This document shows, piece after piece, positions 39,763 to 54,414 of a stretch of DNA of 64,000 nucleotides. The position numbers and the translations under genes were made by a program. How positions within the stretch are numbered: the first letter of the stretch is position 1; each line of letters starts with the position of its first letter. A model generated the notes under the pieces. The model was not told where the DNA came from, searched no databases, and worked only from the letters and a program-made list of their open reading frames with translations. Source of the DNA: Adineta vaga (Eukaryota; Animalia; Rotifera); NCBI GenBank assembly GCA_021613535.1, contig CP075492.1, positions 20,212,001 to 20,276,000 of the forward strand, given 5' to 3'.

Positions 39763-40786
39763 ATGTCACCGGGATCCCACCGTAATATGGACAAAATCGA
39801 TGAGATAATCTATCTGGGCAATCTCGACGCACTGGTTCACCTGCCCAGATCCTTCACTCATGTTATCAGTGTCCTTAGTGACAAATCGAGTTTGCCAAAC
39901 GATCGTATTGTACAAGAGCATTTATTCATCGAAGCCGAAGATCACCCTGAAGAAGATCTGATGTCACAGTTTGGAATATGCTATGATTTCCTTACCAATG
40001 CAATGAGTCAGTATTCCAAGCCAAAAATATTCGTCCACTGTCGTGCTGGCATCAGTCGAAGTCCAACGATTGTCATGATGTTTTTAATTAGAAAAAATCG
40101 ATGGAGTTTTAGCGCAGCTTACGAATATTTAAAGAGAAAACGACCGGTGGTTTCTATCAATTCAGGTAAGAATAGTCTAGAGGGAACATTCCAGTCAAAG
40201 AAGTCATTTTACTTTGAGCATCATAAGTTCGAAAAGTAGAAAGGTTATGGAGAATCGAATAGACTAAGCAGAATCATTTGCATGATTTAATGCGCAAAAG
40301 CTAAGCGAAATGTTTCTTTCGACTGTCTGCGTTTTTGGCTTTTATCATTCATAAGAGACAAACATCATTTTCTCATCAACATGCCATTATTGTTCTCAAA
40401 GCTAATGTCAAGATTGATGCATTTTTCGGCTAAAAATAAGCAAAGCGCATCAACCTTTGTTCATGGTCTTTGTTGTGACCAGTAAGATTTTTTCTACGAT
40501 GAAAAAAACTAAACAGAGGATGAAATATCCTCAAAAGAGGCTCATGACGCTTAAATCAGCGTATGAATGTGGTGTATGCTCTGATAAATCTTTTTCTCGC
40601 TTATACCTCCGCGAGAATTTAATGCTCGTTATAAGCAAATATATTCCTGTATTCGTTCTTAAACTCTTTTCCATAGATCAACAGTGTTAGGATTTATCCC
40701 TTAGTTTATCTTATGTTATCAATGAAAGAAAGAAAAGACGAAAAAAAGAACGAGAAGAAGAATCTCTCGTAAGTAAAAGTGACAGG

Positions 40787-40831
<45 letters not shown>

Positions 40832-41933
40832 AAACAAAGAGATGGACGAGAAGATATCTTATGATATCATTTTAACAAACGAGTAGTGCCTGGAAAAGAT
40901 GTATAGGCGATAACAAGAATGAAAGTGATTTGAAAGACATGTGAGTCATGGACCCGTCACAAACAGAATCAATCTTTATTCAAGGGTTCATGACACTTGA
41001 TACTAAACCGGGTATTTGTAGATTGATGTTATGTAAGTATGAAAAAAGATCCTAAGAACGAAGAAAATAATACAATGATACATCCGTTGGTAACCAGGGA
41101 CAAACACTCGTATAGTTATAAACGGAAAAAGGATTTATCAGTGGGTACATCACATTGATAAGCTGATTTAAGTGCCATAAACCTGTTTTACAAGTATATC
41201 ATTGTCTGCTTTTTTGCAGTGAACTTCGATATGTTAGTAATAACCTAATCATTTTGATTGGTCAATGTTTCACTATATAGTACGTGATGAAATCCCTAAA
41301 TCATAATGAGTTAGGGAAACAGATCACAGACTCTTGTTTCAAAAAAAGACAAAACCAGAGTATCATGATTTTCCAAGTCAGTCGTGAGCAGTTTAGTTGA
41401 GTGAATATATATCGAAATAAAAAGCACTTGCACATCTACATACACAATAAGTATTACATCTGTCAAGGGCTAATTCCCAAATAAATCACATTTGAAATCA
41501 CTTTTAATGGTAGAGAAATTACTATTAAGAAAAAAGAATTTTTTCTCAAGTTTTTTTTGCAAACACCTGTATAAATTTTCGGTTTTGTTCTGATATATCA
41601 TATTTTGAACAATGAGATGTCAACCATAATCGAAATGCTCTAACGAACCTACTCTTTTTGTTTTATATAGGTTTCAAAGAGCAACTGAAGAAATTTGCTA
41701 CCATGATGAAAAGACTGGAGCCGGGATACTATTTTGAAGGTCCAGGTTTTGAAAAAATCTTGGGAAGAAGAGGAGACAGAAAATTGATTCCGTACGAACG
41801 AAAATTAAGAAGATCATCGTCATATGAGTCCAGTTTATACGAGTCAGACTCGGACGAAGAAGATGTTCTTATTGCGTTCGGTTACCTACAAATACAACCG
41901 ATTGCATTACAAACGGTGGTTGCATACTGTTAG
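39763..41933 (+). CDS. Dual-specificity protein phosphatase (atypical DUSP), exons 39763-40165 and 41671-41933
   Basis: Catalytic loop HCRAGISRS, IYLGN and AYEYLK. The splice cag|gtaag...atag|gt gives SINSGFKEQL, matching the DUSP NxGFxxQL motif. Confidence 0.88.
40685..40961. mobile_element. Solo LTR in the DUSP intron
   Basis: TGTTAGG...CGTCACA with perfect 5-bp TSD AACAG. Confidence 0.85.
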
Positions 41934-42467
41934 GAAGTGATTGACTATGTTAGCGTCAACGGTTGTTACTTTATGACGCTATCTTGTACACATATACTTG
42001 TATATGTGTTTTCTTTTCTTTCCTCTTCTATACTTCATTTTAGTCAATACATACACGTTTTCTTTCTTTCTTTTGGATTGTAGCTCTCTCTTGATCATCA
42101 TGTCTTCATGATGATCTTCTTTGTTATATCTTCTCTTTCGTTTTCATCTCTTTTCATCGTGTTATTATTTTTCATTTTTACTTTATTTTCCCTGTCTATG
42201 TCTCGTTATACATATAGAAATGTTTTTCTATTTTCATCTCAGTTATTGTTATTATTTTTTTTCTGTCTTTGTTTATCCCCAAATAAACGTGGTCATCAGC
42301 ATCACTTATCTTCTGTTCTTTATTACTGTGTCTGGTAGGATTATTACTTTATATTTTTGGTGAGATTTCTCGATCATTGTAGTTCTGGCCTTTCGTAGAT
42401 ATCGGAGGTTAGAGTTTTAGTCACATCCCCATCTCGAGTACCTCACAATTGGTGGAGAAGTTGGGCA
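41928..42467 (+). mobile_element. 5' LTR (41928-42447) plus primer-binding site of a truncated LTR retrotransposon
   Basis: TGTTAGG...CCTCACA followed 2 nt later by TGGTGGAGAAGTTGGGCA, complementary to a tRNA-Ala-type 3' end. Confidence 0.75.
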
Positions 42468-43531
42468 ACTTTCGCCTTGTTCGTCATAGTGCATATATAT
42501 ATATATATGTGTAATCAACTTTACCTAAAATCGTTGCATTACTGACATAATCTCAAAAACAAAAACCTCGAAAGCAAAAATATCGAAAATATATTGTCGA
42601 AAAATAATTCTCATTACGAATGGAAACATGAAATCTAAGATGATCAGAATTTAAAATTTAATATTTTTCACAGCAAAATATGATACAATTCGTGTGTTTA
42701 TGATAAACTGATTTGTATATGATTCATCTTCAATTACTATTGGTTCATTTTCTTTCATTTATCGAGGATTTAACCATTATAACACTTAAAATACTTATTG
42801 ATATTAGTTATGATATCTAATCAGATTTCTTTTACTAATACAGGCTGTTATTCTTTATTCATATAGATATATTCTATCTTTCTTTCGTTTGTCGAGGCGT
42901 CTTTTCTTTGTCTTCACGTAATATATTTAACTTTTCGTTCACTCCTGCGTTTACATCGATCAGTCAATACAAACTATTTACATTCCTCTACACCGCTCCT
43001 ATCCTCTATAAATACAGCTCATTTTATTGTTCTTCTATCATCTCTCTCCATTTTTTCATCTTACAACTATGTCACCGTCCGATTCAAACAAACAACCGAC
43101 CAACCATTATGTTCATCACAAGCAACAAGAAAAAGCGTCTTCTCGTTATCGATGGTTTTATTTTCCAGCAAAACAAATGTACGGACAAGGTTACCTATGG
43201 GGTCTGTCAAGAGAAAATGTGTGATATGGGTGTTCATCTTAATAATAATGATTTATTCATTAAATTTACAAAACCTAATCATACACATATGCCTGCACCT
43301 GAGAAATTCGAAGTTCCAAAAATGTTATTGAAGGTGAAAAGTCATATCAGTTGTGAGACAACCGCTGTTGGTAAAATCTATATTGAAGAACTTTCTCGAA
43401 GCAATCTGTCAACAACAGCACTTGTTATCGCTAATACAGCTAAAGAAGCCAGTGTGTAAAAAAGGTCGTTGCTCAAAAAAAACATTCTTCACTTTTAGAT
43501 CATGGATTACATCAAGTTCGTCGTCAAGATA

Positions 43532-44404
43532 TTAGGTTGTCCACAAAGTTCGTGCAACTATTGTTCTGCTGCAAGCGTGAAACATATGGTTTCCAGCATT
43601 GTGTAGAGCGTCCATTTTTAGGATGGTACACCGATGTTGACTTAACTACTTCATTGTCTTCTTGAAGAAAATAATGACATTTTAACACTCCGATGTGTCA
43701 TTTTCAAATATAATGCTAGTACCAGTACTTTAGTGTCTATGCATCTGCATACTTAGATAGGATCTGCAAGTAAGATTTATAGGATAAGTACAATTTCATA
43801 CGGCGCAGAATCTACAGCGGTCAAAATAAAAAAATGTTGCTTTCAAATTTTCAAGTCTTCCAGATGAAGTATTGAGGGTGCTCCAGAGATCGTTGGAATA
43901 ATCTTTCATATCTGATCATAGAATCTCGAAATTCAGAGATTGCCTGTTGAAAGAGTAACGAAAATTCTATGTGTGGGTGAATTTTCGGAGCGATCGAACG
44001 AGATTTCGAAGTGGTGCGCAAATATTTTGACAAAAAATGCGCATTTTATTTTCGAGTTTTTGCGCCTCCATATTGCATCGTCCTCAAAATGGGTTTTCCG
44101 ACACTTAACCGATTGAAACTTCAAACCAACATAGTACACCATGAAGCCTTCGATCAGCTCTACAAAACTATGAATCCAATTTCTGAAACATACATCTCAT
44201 TGATATTTAACTTCGAAGTATGACATCTAAAACATGGATACATCTGGGTGTTAAAATGTCATTATTTTCTCCAAGAAGACAATGAAGTAGTTAGGTCAAC
44301 ATTGGTGTACCATCCTAAAAATGGACGCTCTACACAATGCTGGAAACCATATGTTTCACGCTTGCAGTAGAATAGTAGTTGCACGAACTTTGTGGACAAC
44401 CTGA
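43532..44404. mobile_element. mariner-type MITE nested in the MULE
   Basis: TA TSD and ~160-bp TIRs starting ttaggttgtccacaaagttcg. Confidence 0.88.
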
Positions 44405-44916
44405 TACATCAAATCTTCCATCATCAATGAACTTTGATATTCCATTATATTATAAAAAAAACAACTGATGGTCAACGGTATTTACTTTCTGATTGAATTC
44501 AATCTGTTGATGGAATTGTTAGTAAACGTATTATTGTTTATGCAACAGATGAACAACTTCGTCTCCTATTTACATCATCACATATTATGACGGATGGTAC
44601 ATTTGATACTTGTCCGCCGCATTTTGATCAAATTTATTCTATTCATGCGGTCAAAAATAGTCAAAGTAAATTATTTTTATCATACTTGTAAATGACTTCT
44701 ATCAAATATCTTAAAATAGGTTATCTCTCGGTCATTTCTATTCTTTGTGGTCGATCTAGTGTCATTTACAAAGAATTATTTTCAATACCCACTAATCACG
44801 CTCATCGTCGTGGATTAACATTCAATCCTAAAATCATAACAACTGATTTTGAAACAACTATGATTAAATCAATAGCCGATGAATTGAGTCCCTTCATATA
44901 TTCTCTTTTTCATTGA

Positions 44917-45738
44917 TTTTTGTGTACTCAAAAAGTGAGTACACTACTAAAATCGGTCTGTATGTCCGTCCGTCCGTTCGTTTATCCGATAACTCTCGAA
45001 AAGTTTGCGCTATTGACAGGAATTTTTCTTCCGCAGGTTGGTCTCATGAATATCTCGGTCGAGTTCGAAGATGAGAAGGATCCGTCAAGAAATGGCTGAG
45101 ATATCGTAAAAATTCTAAAAAATGACCCCATGAGTCGTGAGGGAGAGTACAGGGATTTTCAAAAACAAACTTTTTTCCGCCACATATATTGCTGTAGTCA
45201 GCTTCAAGACAGCAACCACGTCTTGAAAAGCTGTTCTATGCAGGTAACCTTGGGACCTCATAGGCTATACTACCTGCGTACCCTTAGGTCCTCATGTCCT
45301 ATACTATAGAAGTACCCTTCGATCCTCAAGTCCCATACTATGGGGGTACCCTTAGGTCCTCAACTCCTATACTATGGGGGTACCCTTGGATCCTCATGTC
45401 CTATATTATGAGGGACCCTTGGGTCCTCAAGTCCTATACTTTGGGGTAGCCATGGCTTCTTTTATGCTATAGCGCGGAGATGGCTCGGGTTCTCCAGTTT
45501 TAAGCGATGATGGTATTCTGGAGTTTTGCATGAACTCTCTCTAGCTGTCATGAAATTGTCTCGGAAGTAGCGTTATAGGAAGATCTCGTTTGGGTTCGCA
45601 ATACTCGGCTGCCCGGACGTGTCTTTTGTTACTCATTGTACAATCTTGATATGATACTTAGAGTGCTTTGTAGCTTAAGTCTCATACACTTTTTAGAGTA
45701 CACATAACTTTCGGATAAAATCCGAAGTTTTCGCATTT
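44917..45738 (+). mobile_element. HINE/DINE-1-like element nested in a MULE intron
   Basis: SubTIR gtgtactcaaaaagtg / cactttttagagtacac, (gtcc)n microsatellite, 3' hairpin actttcggataaaatccgaagt, ~33-bp tandem repeats at 45240-45450. Confidence 0.8.
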
Positions 45739-46687
45739 ATTTTCACAATCTTTAGTTTCCTAATGCAGACATGATGGTTGTTATTTTCATTTTATGAATT
45801 CAATTGTTATACAAATTCAAAGTCTTAATCTTGTTATCGTATATCGTGACGATGAGATTGCACGTTCTATTGTACGTCAACTCATGATACTTCCTCTCAT
45901 TCCTCTTAATCAAATTCAATCGGTGTTCGGTCAAATTGTTATTACAGCACCTGATGTGATAAAACCATTAGTTGATTATTTCGAAGGTTATTGGATCAGA
46001 AAAATGCGGTGGACTTAATGGAATGTTCATGGAATGGAATTTCGAACGAACAATTTTGTAGAGGGTAAAGATTTCTTCTTTTGCTAAAGTAATTGCTCTC
46101 ATTAGGTTGGAATCATCGATTTAACCGTTTGATTGGAAAGTTCCATCCGAACGTGTGGCATTTGTTCGATTGCTTTCGTATGGAAGAAGTATATGTACGA
46201 CAAGCGATGTTAAAAACAATCATGGAGGAGAAAAAGCAAGTCAAGAACAAAGCGACTATTTTTCAAGAACGACTCGATTCTCTTCAATCTTAATTTGATA
46301 ACAAAACGATTGCAATCGACGCATTTACTCAAGGATTAACTCTTGATAGCAACAAAAATTTAATTTTTTTAATTCTAATTACGTTTAAACGTTGTATGTG
46401 ATGAACAAATTATCACGAATATTCTACATGAAAATAAAATAAACTATATTACCTTACAAATACTGTTCTACTATTAACTGTCATGATTCTAACTTGTTCT
46501 ATTATTATAAATATTTTTCGATATTTTTGATTTTCGATTTTTTTTGCTTTCGATATTGCACGTTTTCGAGATTAGAAATTTTCGGAATATTTCTTTTTCG
46601 AGATTTTATTTTCGAAATTTTTGCTTTCGAGATTTTTTTTCGCGATTTTGTCAGCATACCGAGATCTAGTGTGTTCTATAAAATTTG

Positions 46688-49600
46688 TTAAAACCATTCT
46701 GAAAAACGCATCTGCGTTTCGATGTAGAGTTTTTCTAGACTTTGCATCTCGGCGACTTGAGATTTATTGGATTTAATCAGCAAGACTTTGTAATCGAAAT
46801 GTCGCAAAATAATTAAGTCAGTTAAACGTTTGACTCTTGATAATAGTACATAGACTGCAGCGATATCATCTGTATCCTTTGGTAACTTTAAATCAATTAC
46901 AACATTATTTAAAGTTTGTCCCTGACTTTTATGGATTGTGATAGAATAGGCGGGCACAAGAGGTAATGCGCGTCGCTTTATCGATAACATTGTCTTTCGA
47001 TTTGTTCTTGACTTTTTGTTGTTCATTTTCGGAATAATATCAGAAATGTCAACCTGAAATGTTTGTTTCATTATTGCTATTGGGACAAGTTTTGGTTGAA
47101 GTTTTTCAAGATTACATTCAATTTTTGCTTTTCTTATTTCGACCAATTCATATATTGGCTTGTGCACATATGTAGTGTTCATTGGAAACGTTTTTGATAG
47201 ACTATCTGTTGACACTGAATCAAGATCATCAACTAGTTGTCTAAAGATTCCATTTATGCCATTAATTAATCCCAGTTCAACAGCAATATTTTCTGTAAGA
47301 ATAACCGGCATTCCAGGAACTAACGGTAACAACCCCGGTAAGTGTTCTGTCTTACTATCAGATAATTCTAATCATTTTTTCACAAGTGTCGGCTCCTCCA
47401 CAGCCTTGCCTTTACAAAAATCCTGAGCAACACATACCATTAGATTGGAAACAGCTTCTACTGCATTATGAATTGCCGACTTGTGGTTCAACTGCGTTCG
47501 TATTTTATCTAAATACAAGCATTGGTGCCTAAAATAAGAAAAAAAAGCAATATAAAATATGTTTGTGTAGAATAAAGAAATATATATGGTTACTTGATTC
47601 CATGGTGGTTCACGAAGAGATACTGATGATTGTCCGACAACCCGCGTCAATAATAATTCGTAATCTTCATAATTACATTGGCTCTGACGATGTCGCTCAA
47701 GTAATTGAAGATATCGTAGATCTTCTGTTCGCATCTGTTGAGTAAGTTTTACCACACAATTAATTTGTAGAATTAACGAACGTGCCACACGTTGTTGGAT
47801 TTCTTTTTCTGAAGGTAATTTATTAAATTTCTTTTTGTTTTCCGACGAAAAGTCAGTGTGTAACGGGGCATCGTATACGGGTCGATACTGTAGATAATCA
47901 CCAAAGAATATAACGTTTATACCACCGAATGCAATTTGAGCATCGGTATGTTTCGCGGCACAAAGAATTCGGTTGAGTTTTCCGAGTAAAGTCAAACCAA
48001 CCATACTGATTTCATCAACCAAGAGATATTCTACAAGTGTCCATTCTTTTTCAAGTTTTAAGTCGCCTGGTTTAATGGTTCGTGCCTTTCCAGAATGGCG
48101 TTGTTCACCTAAAAATGAATGGATAGTTATACCACCAATTTCAGCGGCTGCAATTCCAATAGGTGCTAGCTTTCGCATCTTTTGTACTCTGTTTGTAATA
48201 ACAAAATATTCAGTAACAGCACGAATAAGTTGGGATTTTCCTGTACCACCACATCCTGGTATACACATAATGAGTTGACCATTGTTACCTCCTATATGAA
48301 TGATATTTTTCAGTTTATGATAATATAAAAAACTATATGCATGAACATACCTGCAAGTGACTGTTTGTCACCATCAAGATGACTTGTTATTATCATAAAT
48401 GCAGCTCTTTGCTCTCTGTTTAGTGTATATTGATCAACAATAGTCTTTTGATTACAGTATGTTGTACTTATTACTGAAGCAACTGAAAGAATTGAGTTAT
48501 AATTATCAAATATGTTTATATTTGAACTAGTTGAATTTATCAGTGTTACAACTGTATCTTCTATATCGTCATTATTTGACTCGTCATCTGTTTTATAATG
48601 TTTGCCAGTGATTAAATTTCGTCTAACTCGTTCTCTTTCGATTTTCAGTTGCTCTTGCCATTTAGTATTGAGTCGAACGAGATCAAATGTTGAAGGAACA
48701 AATGGTAACATCTGCTCATAATTATCAGCATATGATGCATTTATCAAAATTTGATTTGATGTTACAAGAAAATAACATTATTTTAAAGCTGAGTCGTTAC
48801 GAATTGATATTGCCTACTGTGTGTATGAGAGAATCGTCCCATTTTTTCTACAGTTTCTATAGTTTCTTCAATATATACATATTCTGTTGATTTTTTTGTG
48901 CTGCTCATTGCAACTGTAGTAGAATCATTTAAATTACCGAGCAATTCAAGTAAATCTTCACTATCACTTGTATCATCATATTCATCTTATGCACTTTGAT
49001 TTTTTGGAAATAGCTCGGGATCGATTGTGTCATTCTCAACTTGAGCTTCTGTAATAACTTTGACTAAATGTTCATCTCGGTCTTTCTTACATTCATGTAA
49101 AATTTGAATATTATCGATGATATTCCACGAGTGTGCAGATATATGGTGCTGACGAGACTTAAGTGCATCTTCCCAATTCTGGTTCACATCACAAAGATCA
49201 GATACAGTTCTCCAAGGCATAAAAAGTGTAAGAATAGCTCGGCAATACCGTTCTCGAGTGTCTTCGCGATCTCGCCGAGGTATTTGAGGACCATACAGGA
49301 TGGGTACACGATATTCAGTATGTTTCATCATTAAGTAGGTTGTTGCTTGAGGGTGTTGTTTTCGAAAAGGAAATCGTTGATTAGGTGGTCGACCTCTTCG
49401 ATTATCTTGCTCTTCTCTTGTTATAGAACTATCAGCTAAATATTTTAAGTCCGCTGCATTGATTTTTTTCTTATAAAATGCACTAACAAAATCGTATAAG
49501 CATATATTCTCGAGAGTATCAGATCGATACTGATAATCAATCCGTCCGTTAACTAGCACGAAATTGTTTCCATTTTCATTTTCAGCAGATTGAATTTGAA

Positions 49601-50736
49601 AATTTTCTTCATTATTATTTATATCGTTTGCATTCTCATCATTGAGCACATTGTCATTATGGTCATCATCATTATCATCCATTACATCTATGTGTGAAAA
49701 AAAGAAAAGATATTTTTCGTTGATTTGATTTTTATGATTGCACATGTTCACGTTTCTAATAATAAGGGAAGAATTTTACTGGAATAACTCTATTCAATTC
49801 CTGTGACTTATTTACTTGATATATTTGATGTGACAACAATTTTTTTTATCACAGCTGGACATCGTGTTAAATATCTCATTATGTCTTCCTACGTGATGAA
49901 CGTATTCTTTTTCCTTCCTCTAAATCTCATTGATTGTTTATATAACAACTGTCTCTTCTTTTTCTTTCATTCTTCCGCTCATTACAGCATGCACATTATG
50001 TCTTGATTGATTTTTCTTTTTCTTCTCTTCTCTTTCTCTTCTCCCTCTCTCTATCTCTTTCTATCTCTCCTCGCGTTTGAAGATAGAAGAAGAATTCTCA
50101 TATGAAAAAAATGTAACTATAAGAGAAATGAATTGCAACAAATCATCATACTACCGTATGAATTTGTTTCTAGATTTCGTTTGACACGTAATTCATTCAA
50201 TTCTGCCTGCAAGTATCGTTCAGTTTGAATTAGATAAAGTCCTTGAAATTTGTGTGTCGTATAATCATCGTCCCGATTCATAAGATAGGAAGCAACGTGC
50301 ACTCCAGATAATTCTTGTTGAGACGCAAGTGTATTGTAGCAACGTAAAACGAATTTACGTGATCTTTCAATAGCACTGTCTTTATTGTCCGTTTGATTCG
50401 AAATGTCTCCGAATGATGTAACATTTTTTTGTATGAGAGAGAATGTGTCGTGAAAAGAAAGACTGGATTTTGTCACATAATCTGTAATATAATAGACGAG
50501 AGCTTTAGCATCGCTCCCTGTCCAAATAAATTTGATGTCCATGTTAGAACGACATGCGGATATGATATATTCGTTAAAATTATTAATCATCGGATGCGAT
50601 CGTCGCATACGTATATCACCTGTTTCAGGATCGATCATTGACTTTAGCACTAATTTTTGTGGCAAACGTAGTCGACAAATCCTTTTGCCGTTGTAAATAG
50701 CATCATAGTATTTGTAACAGGTATCAATGTGGCAGT
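46688..50736 (-). pseudogene. Helitron/Helentron Rep-helicase, 5'-truncated and frameshifted
   Basis: Rep motif SNMDIKFI...ALVYYITDYVTK. PIF1 motifs GCGGTGKS, LLVDEISMV, FFGDYLQYRPV, LTQQMR, AYSITIHKSQGQTL and YVLLSRV. Several short introns. Confidence 0.92.
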
Positions 50737-52175
50737 GAGTGTTCTGTACTTCAACTAGTAGTACTACATCAGCACGAAATCACCTGAAGAGGTGGGATTT
50801 ACACCCTGAACATATTTCAACACCTTTATTCGTTCATACACTCACTCCCTTCACCCTCATCTTGTCATATCCCCATCCACACACCGTTTACCGTTCAACA
50901 CTCACTGCCTTCACCCTCATCTTATCATATCCCCATCCGTTCTCCTATCATTTACTCGCATTTCTACTCAATTTCAACTATTCAACACCATTTACAAGCT
51001 ATTTCATTATCTAGGTCAGCAAACTTCTTTTTTTTGTGCAATCACAAGATGAACAGACAGACATACTTGTTGGAATTCTCCCATGTTTTGAGGGTGCTTC
51101 GGAAGGCCCAGTCAATACGAATTGATGAACAGATGGTTGAAGACAAGATGATTTCCTTGATAGATCGATACCGGATCGGATGAGTTGAGTTCATCGAATT
51201 GAGGCGAAAGAAATTCTTGAGAAGCAGACTACTTTCGACGTTGAACATACCGATAAACACAAAGATACTTGTTTATCTATCTCGTTCTCGCATATTTGTC
51301 TATTAGCAGCATCGGTTGATGGTATTTTCTTTTCGAATAGATGAACGTCGATAAGGTCGAATTCTTTCTTAAGGGGGCGCCGTTGTTTTTCAGCCAGGGC
51401 GATTGCATGCAGTTATAAAATTGGAAGAATGTGCTTCGTACAGTTGAATAGATTCGATCATGACGATAACACCTCATAGTTTTGCGCATTTGATATTGTA
51501 GTTGTCGATGCGAACATCTCGCTTAATGCTCTCCAGATTATGTACATACACTGTGATTTTCGTGGCATTTGTTGGAGCATGTTGTTCTTATTGTTGCTGC
51601 TGCCGCCGCTATTAAAGACGAAGAATCCATGCGGTGGCGGCGACGACATATCCGTTAATAATACAGATCTTCTCGAATAGGTCAAGCAGCACCATCTTGT
51701 CCAATCCGTTTTCGTTTATTAATTCGCGACCATTTTGTTTCAGTTGAGTGATTTCGTCAATAAACCAATACTCTACCGATGAGATACAACAAGGGAGAAC
51801 GTTTCAAAGAGTATAATCATTCACATCTTACCACATGTGATCTCTACAACTGTTGTTAGAACACACAGGAACACCACCACCACGCCAATGCCGTTGATGA
51901 CGATATATTCGAGGCAATATCATTATCTAAAACAAGAAATTCAACAAAATCTTTTTTTTTCTCGAACCGATAACCATCATCAGGCTAACCTTTGCTACAC
52001 GTGCATGAATAAATATTACCACCATCACACCCACTTCCCATCGATCTATTCCAGTCGACATAATCATGGAATGTTTGGTCTTGTTCAACGTTCAACGGCC
52101 GCTGCTTTTGATCAACGTCCATACTCACAAACCAAACGCCAACACATGCAATCCGATTGAACCCGTATCAATTAA

Positions 52176-54414
52176 CCCCTTGGGGACGGGCGACGTATAT
52201 ATACGTCCAGCTTCAAATAAGCTCGTAAATAATTAAAATATACCTGTTTGTATGTTTTTTATGAGTTGCCACCACATAAATCGTTAATCTGCTATATCAC
52301 TATTCATACAATGACCTTATTCACCTTATTCCTTTTGCACTTATACCCATAACTTCTGTTCTTTCCTTACGTCATCTTCCACTGATATCGTATACGGCTT
52401 ATTTCTTATTTATCTACGCATACATTCTCTCTTTCATTATGGATTTTCTTTATTTTCTAGTACATTGTCTTCATGTCGATTTCATTTATATACATATTGT
52501 TACAGTCATATCTTCATACGTCTTTACGCATTCTTTCACATCACATCTTGTTTTTCATTATACACATTCTTTACTTCTTTTTCTTTTGTTCTTCATTCGA
52601 ATAAGATACAACGTGAGAATGGCATTCTCTCATATATATAAATGTATTTTTATCTGGTAGTAGTGAACTACGACTTTTAAATAAAGAACGTAATAAAACA
52701 CTTTACACGCTTTCTGCATCTTTTCTAATTCAAAATGGCAACATCCAGAAAGCGCAGCTACAATGAAATTGATGAGATTTCTAGTGATGAATCAGAAACT
52801 GAATCAGAAATTGAAACTGATGGTGAAACTGGAAGTGAAGACGACTCTGGTAACTCGGATGTTGAGGATGCGATGGATGTCGAGGATGATGAAAATACTC
52901 CTTCAGTTCACACATACAATCACACATCAAAATCGTGGCAAAAAGGCAATTTTGGACCAACTTTCTTTTCATTTCAAGACAATAATTGTGGTGTAACTGC
53001 TAATCCAGATGAGAATACACCGTTAGACTTTTTCAAAATAGTTTTTGATCCAGAACTGATACAGGTGACTGCTGATAAGACAAATCAATTTCAAGTAGAT
53101 TCTGCTGATAAGCATTCATCCCCACATCAAGCTAAATGGTATTCAACTAATCTTGAAGAGATATATCTTTTTTTGGCGACCTTCATGTTGATGGCTCATA
53201 TGAAAAAATTCCGAGTCAAAGATTATTGGTCCGTTGATCCTTTGATTGCAACGCCAATATTTAGTGATATTATGCCGAGAGATAGATTTTTGCTCCTTTT
53301 GAAATATCTGCACTTCACTGATCTAACTCAACCCAAAGGTGACAGATTATACAGAATCAAATTTGTTGTTCAACATTTGAAAGAAAAATTCAAACAAATT
53401 ATGATTCCGTATAGAAACCTCTGTATCAATGAAAGTTTAGTACTTTGGAAAGGACGTTTATCTTTTAAACAATATATTCCATGAAAACGACGTCGCTTTG
53501 GAATAAAGTTATTTGTTCGATGCGACTGTAGTACTGGATTTATTTTGGACTTTGTGATTTACACAGGATCTCAAACAGAAATTCAACGTAATAACCATCT
53601 CGGAATTCCAGGTTCGATTATAATGACACTTATGCAACCGTACCTTTAGAGAGGTCATAAGTTATTCGTTGATAATTGGTACACAAGTCCACGTCTTTTC
53701 GAGCTGTTGCATGCGAATTCTACTGGTGCATGTCGTACAGTTCGACGAAACCGAATCGGAATGCCAGATTTTAAGAATAAGTTGAAAAGAGGTGAATACG
53801 AACATCAACACACTGATATTCTACTTTGTGAACGATGGTTCGACAAATGTGAAGTTACAATACTCTCAACAACACATAAACCACAGGTGGCAAGTAGTGG
53901 AAAAGTTCACTACGCTACTGGTGAACAAATTCAGAAGCCTGAGTCTGTCAAGAACTATATTGAAAATATGAGCGCTGTTGATAGGTCTGATATGCAGATT
54001 AGTTATGTTGAATGTGTCAGAAAGACAGTGAAATGGTATAAAAAACTCTTTTTCCATTTACTGGATATATCCATCCTAAATTCACACATTCTATACAAGC
54101 GAAAAACTGGTAAAACGATTCATTCTTGTGACTTTCGATTACAGCTGATTCGTCAAATTATCGAAACTTACGGAAAACCAAAAGCGCCGACAGGACGACC
54201 AACCACTGGAGACAATCCTGTTAGACTTATCGCTCGCCGTTTTCCATCACTTATACCTTCAACATTGACCAAACAAAATCCTCAAAGAAAATGTGTCGTT
54301 TGTGCGAAAACAACAAGAAGAACTAAAAAGCGAACTGACAGTAGATACGAATGTACTGAATGCGATGTGGGACTTTGCGTTTCTGGTTGTTTTCAAGATT
54401 ATCATACACTCTAA
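52176..54414 (+). mobile_element. piggyBac element (PGBD4-like transposase pseudogene 52735-54414), right TIR missing
   Basis: TTAA + ccccttggggacgggcgacgtatatatacgtc left end. Motifs INESLVLWKGR, FVDNWY, AVDRSD and a C-terminal CxxC...CxxC. In-frame stops at ~53482 and ~53648. Confidence 0.88.

Larger units (their letters stand above)
42535..46661 (+). mobile_element. Mutator-like (MULE) transposon with decayed, intron-containing FLYWCH + MULE transposase
   Basis: Imperfect TIRs (ctgacataatctc...ctcgaaagcaaaaat / attttgtcagcataccg) with tcga subrepeats. FLYWCH-like region 43100-43300. Motifs MTDGTFDTCP, IITTDFE, GCYFHF, RTNNFVEG-WNHRFN. Confidence 0.85.

Noticed and set aside
50770-52170. 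GC-richer segment with short ORFs
   Set aside because: No recognisable motif or termini. Possibly decayed coding DNA, but it cannot be called.
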